From assembly GCA_001800245.1 (NCBI GenBank), contig MGVA01000008.1:2702-66701 (forward strand): DNA of 64,000 nucleotides, written 5' to 3'. This document shows, piece after piece, positions 26,656 to 34,083 of this stretch. This DNA is from Elusimicrobia bacterium RIFOXYA12_FULL_51_18. Lineage in GTDB: Bacteria; Elusimicrobiota; Elusimicrobia; Elusimicrobiales; UBA9959. Below the pieces are notes generated by a model. The model saw only the letters and a list, made by a program, of their open reading frames with translations, ran no database searches and had not been told where the DNA came from. The position numbers were made by a program, and so were the translations under genes. The stretch's first letter is position 1. The number at the start of each line of letters is the position of its first letter.

Positions 26656-28476
26656 TTATTTCTTCAGCACGCGGTTGATCTCCGCGCTCCATTCGTCCGC
26701 CCAATCGGCCGACGCTCTGCCAAAATGCGACAAAAACGATCTTACCGCATCCTGGCGTTTTTTATCTCCCCACCAGGCATCGACATTATCATATATCTCC
26801 CCGATCTTTTTTGAAGCGAGTATAGGGTCATCGAACAGGATATCGGCTTCTTTAAGTTTGTCCCAATAAGGTTTTGCTTCCTCGTTGAAACGGTTCGCCG
26901 CGAATTTCGGATTATAAAAAAGCATAGTGGGCTTATTATTGACAAGCGCCTCAATAAAAGTCGTCGAATAACAGGGATGGTCGCAGACCAATATACGGCA
27001 CTTCAACATTCGTTTACTGAACGGAACTTCCCAACCCTCTATCCGCGCATCGGGGACCAGATCCGCGAACCTGGATACGGAATCCCAGCCAAAATCTTCG
27101 ATATGAGGACGGATCACAAGATGCTCCCTGACGGCCTGCGGGATGTTGGACAGGAACAACTTCTGCCCATGGAAATAATCGCTCCAATAATCCATTGTCA
27201 ACGGGTACTGCAGCAGCCATCTGAGCCACGTTGTGGTGACATAAAGTATGCCGTGTGCCTGTTTATCGCCGCTCTTGCGCATTTTGTAGGAAAATTTAGA
27301 AGCCGGCATAGGTTTTACCTCGGAGCGACAGCCGCTTTTGCTCCATCCCCATGAGTAATAATTATCAACGATTCCCAGCTCGTAGTCTTCCTGGAAAAGG
27401 TATTTCAAGCTCCCATAATTGCCGCCATGCTGAAGCCCCAGCAAAACGGTTCCGTGTTCCGCGGCTTCAGCCGCATATACCTTGAAGACGTCGTTAAGGT
27501 GCCAGGAGATCGCGCTCAGAAGCGCTTTGGGCGCCGGAACAAATTCTTTTTTAACGCGTTCCCGTATATTCCCGAAACTTTCCACGAAACTCCGGGGCAA
27601 ATCACCCGCGATAAGCGGCATCAGAATGCGTTCGAATTCGGTATTCCCGAATTTTACCCCTCCGATCTTGTCCCTGAGACCATGATCGATGCACGCGGCT
27701 TCCGGGGTTTCAAAGCCGCACGACAAAGGCCAGAATCCGCCCCCGGTCTTGAGAAACAGCCTTATAGCCGCTGAAACGGAAAAATAGGCGCCGATAAAAA
27801 AAACTTTATCCCCGTTCCGGGAAATCCGCCCCAGCGACGCCAACCGGCCTTCCAGAACCTTCCTTACACGCCGCAACGCGGACGACAAAGCGCTTGAACG
27901 CTCCGCTCCTATCCCGACCTCGACCTTTTTTTCAGGGAACTTGTAATTCAAGGCGCGTAAGATCTTGCTGCATATCTGGAGATTATACTGGTCGCCTTTC
28001 ATATGCCCGATAAATTCAAACGTGTTCTGGGGCGTCACAAAGCAGCTTGCGTCAAGACATATAGTGGTAAATTCAGGATATCGCTCTTTGACGCGCAAGA
28101 TCCCGTGGTATTTATCGTGCAAGATATGCAGATAGTACATCAGCCACGGACCTATTACGATCCGCCAGGATCTGATGGGCAGATCCGTGCCATGTGCGGC
28201 GTTCAGCCGTTCCGCCAATACCGGCAACAATCTCTCATGGACTTGTTTTAAATAGGCGACTATTTCGAAGGTTTTATCATCGTCGGCCCCGAAGCCCGGC
28301 GTTTCGCTCTTGAAGCTTTCCCAATAAGCCCGCCTGCTGTACCGTTTACAACCTTCGCTCAGGAAAACTATCGGATATGAAACATCCCAAAAATCTTCCA
28401 GCGCCGTGGTCGCAAGAAAAACCCCGGCTCGGCTCACATCCGCCATTTTTGGGGATAAAATGTTCATAAAAACCAT
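26656..28476 (-). CDS. Large uncharacterised putative transferase (possibly LIC12162/TIGR04331-like)
   Basis: About 600 aa, no TM segments. GVFLATTALEDFWD near the N-terminus and a C-terminal GT-B-like ILVCDHPCYSTTFIEALVNNKPTMLFYNP. I recall this family as associated with sialic-acid loci; the family assignment is unverified. Start at 28476 or 28467. Confidence 0.45.
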   Translation of the reverse strand: MVFMNILSPKMADVSRAGVFLATTALEDFWDVSYPIVFLSEGCKRYSRRAYWESFKSETPGFGADDDKTFEIVAYLKQVHERLLPVLAERLNAAHGTDLPIRSWRIVIGPWLMYYLHILHDKYHGILRVKERYPEFTTICLDASCFVTPQNTFEFIGHMKGDQYNLQICSKILRALNYKFPEKKVEVGIGAERSSALSSALRRVRKVLEGRLASLGRISRNGDKVFFIGAYFSVSAAIRLFLKTGGGFWPLSCGFETPEAACIDHGLRDKIGGVKFGNTEFERILMPLIAGDLPRSFVESFGNIRERVKKEFVPAPKALLSAISWHLNDVFKVYAAEAAEHGTVLLGLQHGGNYGSLKYLFQEDYELGIVDNYYSWGWSKSGCRSEVKPMPASKFSYKMRKSGDKQAHGILYVTTTWLRWLLQYPLTMDYWSDYFHGQKLFLSNIPQAVREHLVIRPHIEDFGWDSVSRFADLVPDARIEGWEVPFSKRMLKCRILVCDHPCYSTTFIEALVNNKPTMLFYNPKFAANRFNEEAKPYWDKLKEADILFDDPILASKKIGEIYDNVDAWWGDKKRQDAVRSFLSHFGRASADWADEWSAEINRVLKK

Positions 28477-28553
28477 GTTCCCGCCATTATCCCGGGCAAT
28501 AAAGCCCGGCTCAGGTAAAAGGCCGTGTTTTGTATGCGAACGCACCTTTTAGC

Positions 28554-28832
28554 TTATTGACCTACGCATAAGTAATGGAAATGCTGGCCGGGCGAGTTTG
28601 GAGCGAAACAAGGAACAAATCGAGCGACATAGCTGGGCTATGTAAGCGATTTGTGACGCAGTTGCAGCCCAAAAGCGCCCGGCCATTTTCCGAAGGAAAA
28701 GGGAGGCTTGCCTTTGAGCGACTGCTTCGTTGCTCCTCGCTCACAGATCAAAGGTATGCTCGTTCGTCGCGCCTTGCATTCATCTCAAATCCAAGCCTCC
28801 AGAAATTCCATTACTTATGCGTAGGTCAATAA
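28554..28832. mobile_element. 279-bp MITE-like / highly structured element with perfect 27-bp terminal inverted repeats
   Basis: ttattgacctacgcataagtaatggaa (28554-28580) is the exact reverse complement of 28806-28832. There are two nested ~99-nt hairpins: ggccgggcg 28586-28594 with cgcccggcc 28676-28684, and ggaggcttg 28702-28710 with caagcctcc 28792-28800. Each hairpin has further internal stems. Confidence 0.6.
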
Positions 28833-28972
28833 TTCCGAACTAATCGAATACCAAGGAGCCGGAATAAGCCTGCCGTCGATAAAAAGGCCCACTGATTTAG
28901 TACATTTTAGCACAAATCCCTTCTTCCACACCAACGGTGGAATTCTCATGTATGCGCCAGACATCGTGATAA

Positions 28973-28981
28973 TGATATAAT
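28973..28981 (+). promoter_or_regulatory. Extended -10 promoter (TGaTATAAT) positioned for a leaderless or near-leaderless transcript of 28989..29963
   Basis: tgatataat at 28973-28981. Only 7 nt separate the -10 from the ATG at 28989, and no SD is present. Confidence 0.4.
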
Positions 28982-28988
28982 TCATAAA

Positions 28989-29963
28989 ATGACGAAATAT
29001 ATCGCACTCACTTCAATACAGCCGCCGACGGGCGCGGTAAGAAAGTTCGCGGCGCTCAAGGATTTCAGGCTTATTGTCTCCGGGGACAGAAAAACTCCGG
29101 CGACCTGGAAATGCGGGAACGCCGTCTTTCTTTCAATTGCTGACCAGGCGAAGCTGGGATACAGGCTGACGAAAAGTCTGCCATACGATCATTATTGCAG
29201 GAAAATGACCGCCTACATATACGCCGCGAAGAACGGCGCCGACATGATAGTCGATACGGATGACGACAACATTCCGTTGTCCGGGTGGACCTTCCCGGAA
29301 TTCAACGGTCGTTTCCAGGCAACCCAGGATGATCTCGGATTTATAAATATTTACAGGTCCTTCACCAAGCAAAACATCTGGCCGCGCGGACTGCCTTTAA
29401 AACTTGTCGCCGCAAAACAGCCGCCGCTCAAGACATCCCGCCTTCCGGTCAGGATTGGGGTCTGGCAAGGGCTTGCCGATGAAGACCCCGATGTTGACGC
29501 GATATACAGGCTCACTATAAATAAGCCTTGTTATTTTTCCAGGCGCGCCCCCGTAGTCCTGGGCAAAGGGACGGTCTCCCCGTTCAATTCGCAGAACACC
29601 ATGTTCCGCAAAGAGCTTTTTCCGCTCATGTACCTGCCGGCCCACGTCACGTTCCGGTTTACCGACATTCTTCGGGGCCTGATCGCCCAGCCGATCATGT
29701 GGGCCGCCGGATACCGGCTCGGTTTTACTGGAGCCACCGTGATACAGAAGCGCAACCCTCACGACTACATGAAAGATTTCGAGTCCGAGATCCCCTGTTA
29801 TCTTAAGTGTGAAAAGGTCGTAAACATCGCGACGGAGGCGGTAAAAAAAGCTCGGCCGGTGGCTGACAACCTTTACTCTGTCTACAGTTCCCTCACTAAA
29901 AACGGCATAGTTGAAGGGCGCGAATTGCGGCTCTTGGAACTTTGGCTTAAGGATATTGCCTGA
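28989..29963 (+). CDS. Putative glycosyltransferase, STELLO/DUF288-like
   Basis: MTKYIALTSIQPPTGAVRKFA N-terminus and an IVDTDDDNIP acidic motif. Family assignment is from memory only. Confidence 0.4.
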   Translation: MTKYIALTSIQPPTGAVRKFAALKDFRLIVSGDRKTPATWKCGNAVFLSIADQAKLGYRLTKSLPYDHYCRKMTAYIYAAKNGADMIVDTDDDNIPLSGWTFPEFNGRFQATQDDLGFINIYRSFTKQNIWPRGLPLKLVAAKQPPLKTSRLPVRIGVWQGLADEDPDVDAIYRLTINKPCYFSRRAPVVLGKGTVSPFNSQNTMFRKELFPLMYLPAHVTFRFTDILRGLIAQPIMWAAGYRLGFTGATVIQKRNPHDYMKDFESEIPCYLKCEKVVNIATEAVKKARPVADNLYSVYSSLTKNGIVEGRELRLLELWLKDIA

Positions 29964-30940
29964 TGCCGGCGCCCTTTATCTCCGTAATAGTCCCCTCCTT
30001 CAACCAGGGCCGTTTCATAGAAAGAACCCTGCTCAGCGTACTCCGGCAAAAATACTCCGGCCGTTTCGAACTGATCGTGTCGGATGGCGGATCGACGGAC
30101 GAAACCGTTGACATACTCAAAAAATATTCCGACAGGATCACATGGTGGTCGGAAAAAGACAAAGGTTTCGCCGATGCAGTCAATAAAGGGGTCAAGGCGG
30201 CTAAAGGCGAGGTCCTGGGGATACAAAGCAGCGATGATTTTTATCTTGAGAACACTTTTGAGAACATAGTGTCGGGATTCAACGCGCACGGAGACGCCGG
30301 TTTTATCTCCGGCCGCGACCTGGGGATAGACCTGGAAGGCAGGGTTTTATGGGCCAGGAGGCAAAACGGGAAACTGACCCCGAAGAGCGTTTTGCTTGGG
30401 CCCGAATCAATATGCCAGCACGCCAGCTTCATCAAAAGATCCCTCTACGAACGCATCGGCGGCCTGAAAACCGACATTGACATGTGCGCGGACATGGACC
30501 TCTGGTACAGGGCGTCACATTTCCAGCCGGGATACTTCATCAGTTCCCAGGCAGGCGTCTACCAGGTACAGCCGGCTCAAAGGACGCAGACGTCTAAAAA
30601 ATTTTACGAAAATCTGGTGCGGATGGTGGAATCCTGCGAGGCATCACCGGAATATGCAGCCGTTTCCCGGCTTTCCCCCGAAGAAAAAAGAAGCCTTTTT
30701 TTGTTCTGGGAAATAGTTTACACGTTGAATTACGACAAGGCTACGGGGATATCCATAGCCAGGAAGAATATAGGGAACATGGCCGGCCTGGATAAGCGGA
30801 CCTCCGCCCTCATCGCAAAATACGCGAAAAACCCCGTAGATCACACCCTGCATCTCCTGAGATCGGGCGGATTTATCAGCGCGGTAGCGGATAAATTGTA
30901 CGCCAAGACCTCAAAAGCGAACCTGGATTGGTGGAAATAA
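29963..30940 (+). CDS. Glycosyltransferase family 2
   Basis: ISVIVPSFNQGRFIERTLLSVLRQ, LIVSDGGSTDET, IQSSDDFY. Confidence 0.85.
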   Translation: MPAPFISVIVPSFNQGRFIERTLLSVLRQKYSGRFELIVSDGGSTDETVDILKKYSDRITWWSEKDKGFADAVNKGVKAAKGEVLGIQSSDDFYLENTFENIVSGFNAHGDAGFISGRDLGIDLEGRVLWARRQNGKLTPKSVLLGPESICQHASFIKRSLYERIGGLKTDIDMCADMDLWYRASHFQPGYFISSQAGVYQVQPAQRTQTSKKFYENLVRMVESCEASPEYAAVSRLSPEEKRSLFLFWEIVYTLNYDKATGISIARKNIGNMAGLDKRTSALIAKYAKNPVDHTLHLLRSGGFISAVADKLYAKTSKANLDWWK

Positions 30941-30980
30941 GCACGGATTGCCTATACTTCGCCCGGCGTAACCCAGGGGG

Positions 30981-32354
30981 TTAACTTCCTTCGGTTACAC
31001 ACTCGTCCAAACTTTCCCTCAATATCCGTATCCCTTCCACTAAAGCGTCATCGGGGATGATCAGCGGCGGCCCTAATTTCAAAGTACCGGAGCAGGTCCG
31101 GATCGATAAGAGGCCTTTCTGCATTCCTTTTTCGATGATCCGGTCTACCAAGTCGATATCCAGTTTTTTGGTCTTGGGATCACGGATAAAAATTCCCCAC
31201 AGAAGCCCCGCGCCAAATATTTCGCATACATATTCAGGGCGGTCCTTTCTCCACTTTTCCAGCTCCGCCTTCACCAGTTCGCCTTTCCTGGCGCTTTCAC
31301 TTATAAGATTTTCGCGCTGCAAAACCTCTATCGAGGCCAGGGAGGCCGCCATCCCGATGGGGTTTCCGCCGTGCGTGCTGTTTAAAGAAGGGTCCACATC
31401 CAGCACTTTCGCGCTTGCGATCACCGCCGAGACGGGAATGCTGGAGGAAAGCGCTTTCGCGCAGCAGATTATATCCGGCGTAACTCCGAAGTGCTCGAAA
31501 CCGAACATCTTGCCCGTGCGCCCAAAACCGGCCTGCACTTCATCAAAGGCCAGCAAAGCCTGATGTTTGGAACACCACTCACGCATGGCGGCCATATAAT
31601 CGACCGGAAAGAATACCGCGCACCAGCCCTGGTAAGGCTCCGCGATGAACCCGGCGATCTCTTCCAATTTAACCCCTTTTTCAGAAAGCCTCTGCAAACT
31701 GTGACTAAAGAATTGCGCCCCGGTCATCTTCATTTCAGACAACACCCAGGGATAAGGGTAGTCCAGGTGAACTACGCGCGGATGGAAATATTTTATCCAC
31801 GCTTTTCCTCCTGGCTTCCCGCCCAGGGTCTGAGCGCCCATGGTTTTCCCGTGAAAGGAGCCTTCAAAAGCCACGACAATATCCTTCTCCGGACTGATCT
31901 TCCTACCGTGCATCATCGTGATCTTGGCCGCAACTTCGGTAGTCTCGGCGCCTGTTGAAAGGAAAAGAACTTTATTCAGGCCGGGCGGCACCAGACCTAA
32001 TATTTTTTTCGCCAAGCGGGAACGGATCTCCGTAGGGTAATAATACGCGTTAAGGAGGCTTCTTCCCGCCATATCCGTGATCGCCTTGACGACCTGCGGG
32101 TGCGAATGCCCCACATTCGCTACGAAGATAGTAGAGGTAAAATCGATCCAGCAATTTCCCGAAGCGTCGAAGACCTGGTAGGCTTTCGCCCTGTCCCAAA
32201 CCACCGGCAGTTCGGAATTCATCGAGGCCGGTTCACACCGCATCAGCTCCTCTATAACGGGCAAGGTAGCCGGGTTCGGGATCGCGGTCTTAATTCTCCG
32301 GTGCCTAGTTTCAATTTGGGGGACTGCTTTTGGGGTTAGTGAAAAGGCGGCCAT
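30981..32354 (-). CDS. Class III (aspartate aminotransferase family) PLP-dependent aminotransferase
   Basis: FLSTGAETTEVAAK, AFDEVQAGFGRTGKMF, CCAKALSS (catalytic Lys). Confidence 0.85.
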   Translation of the reverse strand: MAAFSLTPKAVPQIETRHRRIKTAIPNPATLPVIEELMRCEPASMNSELPVVWDRAKAYQVFDASGNCWIDFTSTIFVANVGHSHPQVVKAITDMAGRSLLNAYYYPTEIRSRLAKKILGLVPPGLNKVLFLSTGAETTEVAAKITMMHGRKISPEKDIVVAFEGSFHGKTMGAQTLGGKPGGKAWIKYFHPRVVHLDYPYPWVLSEMKMTGAQFFSHSLQRLSEKGVKLEEIAGFIAEPYQGWCAVFFPVDYMAAMREWCSKHQALLAFDEVQAGFGRTGKMFGFEHFGVTPDIICCAKALSSSIPVSAVIASAKVLDVDPSLNSTHGGNPIGMAASLASIEVLQRENLISESARKGELVKAELEKWRKDRPEYVCEIFGAGLLWGIFIRDPKTKKLDIDLVDRIIEKGMQKGLLSIRTCSGTLKLGPPLIIPDDALVEGIRILRESLDECVTEGS

Positions 32355-32470
32355 TTTTCATCTTCCTTTATCTTATCCGTCTAAGCTTTCATAAAATTCT
32401 ACAAAATTTATATTTAGATTTCAGTAAGACGTGGCCTTCCTAAACTCAATCCGGCATTTGCCGCATAGTG

Positions 32471-33913
32471 CTATGTAACTCCCGGGATTAAAATTCCGGC
32501 GGCCTTCCTAAATAGGAAAAAAGAAAGAAATATAGCCAGCACCTCTGCAGCCATCCAGTCCAGTCCGAACCCGTTCACCCAGTTTGCAAAAACCGTAAGG
32601 AGCAGCACCCTTTGCACACACCCGAAAATGTCGCCGCGCGCCCCCATCAGCGCATAGATATTGCGGAAGACGGCAGCCAGAATATAAAACAGCAGGAGTG
32701 AAAAGTACGGCCCGGACAGAACATACAGATCGCCATAGCCGGTAAACATATCTGCTTGGTACATACACCTTACTTCGGCGTGGGTAGGCAGCGGCAGGCC
32801 CATGTACAGGAAGCGCAGCGCGTTCGCGGCTTTAGGCGCATGGAAGACCTCGAAACCGGGGGTTAGGGCGTTATCTACCACGCTTTTGAAATAGTAAGCG
32901 GGATTTATAACGGCGGAATATTTAGCCGCGTTCGCCATTAGATCCACCGTGCTGTCCAGGAAACCTATCCGGCTGAAAGCCTTAAGCGGGGAGATGTATG
33001 GCAGGTAGATCCTGTACTTCACCAGGTTCTCCGACTTGAGCGCTCCGCCGTAAGTATTACCCCACCTGAAATACGTCCCTACCGAAAAAGCGAGAAACCC
33101 GAACAAGATCACCCCGCCGGCCGCAAAAAGAGTTTTTTTCCTGAACAAGAACGGTTTATCCCCCGCCAGGAACACGAACAGCACGGTCATCAGTGCGGAC
33201 AGGAGTACGGACCGACTGCCGGCGACGGTCTGCAGGGCGAGATACGCTGTCACTCCCCAAAGGAAGGCCTTTTTATATACGCCGTAAAAGGTCTCTGAAT
33301 ACACCCAGACCACAGCGGCCGCACTGATAAGAACATTACCATTAAAAAGAATTCCCGCGTATCCTTTAAGGCGGAGCGCGGTCGTGTTGGATGACACATC
33401 GCCGAGGGAAATTATTAAAAGGGTATAGAGAGCCCCAAGCCAGACGGCTGAGATAGCCACAAACGGCTCTGAACCGTGAAAACTTATCTTGCGCGGCCCA
33501 ATCGGAAACGCCTTAATAAAATCCGAACAGAGTCCTCCCACAATAAAAAAATTGGCGGCTATTATATACAAAATCGTTTTTAAAATAGCCGCCGAAGCGG
33601 CAGCGTTATACTGAAATATAGGAGAGTAAGGAATTATCAGCAGCGTTGTCACTCTGCCTGCGTAGAAAAAAAGCACCAATAAACTGAAAAGCAGCAGAAA
33701 CGGATTTTTACACCGGCTTTCCAGCAACAGCATAAGGAACACCTGCACATACAGCACAGACCCTGCCGCCACCGAAGAAAAAGAGGAGTACTGATTCCCG
33801 CCCAGGAAGATGAAAATAGCAGCGTTCAGAATTAGCCCGGAAATAGCCGCAACCCTGAGGATAGCGTTAAGCGAATATCCCTGGCTTTCAGTGGAAGGCA
33901 TGCATCTTAACAT
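32471..33913 (-). CDS. Wzy-like polytopic membrane protein, copy 3 (no adjacent Wzz-like gene)
   Basis: Shares NPFLLLFSLLVLFFYAGRVTTLL, GSRSVLLSALMTVLFVF, VVDNALTPGFEVFHAPKAANAL and YQADMFTGYGDLY with copies 1 and 2. Confidence 0.55.
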   Translation of the reverse strand: MLRCMPSTESQGYSLNAILRVAAISGLILNAAIFIFLGGNQYSSFSSVAAGSVLYVQVFLMLLLESRCKNPFLLLFSLLVLFFYAGRVTTLLIIPYSPIFQYNAAASAAILKTILYIIAANFFIVGGLCSDFIKAFPIGPRKISFHGSEPFVAISAVWLGALYTLLIISLGDVSSNTTALRLKGYAGILFNGNVLISAAAVVWVYSETFYGVYKKAFLWGVTAYLALQTVAGSRSVLLSALMTVLFVFLAGDKPFLFRKKTLFAAGGVILFGFLAFSVGTYFRWGNTYGGALKSENLVKYRIYLPYISPLKAFSRIGFLDSTVDLMANAAKYSAVINPAYYFKSVVDNALTPGFEVFHAPKAANALRFLYMGLPLPTHAEVRCMYQADMFTGYGDLYVLSGPYFSLLLFYILAAVFRNIYALMGARGDIFGCVQRVLLLTVFANWVNGFGLDWMAAEVLAIFLSFFLFRKAAGILIPGVT

Positions 33914-34083
33914 AAGACAAGTTGTTCGACATCCTCACGGCATGCTATAGATTTTAGAAGACACAAGATCAGTTACTCCAAAATGTTATCCACCTCTGAC
34001 TGGCTCACAACTTTTAACCCACAACTTCACCCCTAGGAAGATCTTGCGACTGGTTTAGACACTCCCGCCTGTCACAGAGGTGT

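Noticed and set aside
28554-28832. The inverted-repeat element as a retron msr/msd ncRNA (flanking a1/a2-like inverted repeats plus internal hairpins).
   Set aside because: No reverse transcriptase gene is adjacent. The neighbours are a transferase-like gene and a glycosyltransferase-like gene. A 27-bp perfect TIR fits a MITE better.
28562-28832. Track ORFs 28575..28832 (+, 85 aa) and 28562..28744 (-, 60 aa) as small proteins.
   Set aside because: Both lie wholly within the palindromic element. The plus ORF ends exactly at the right TIR. There is no SD, and the reading frames are a by-product of the repeat structure.
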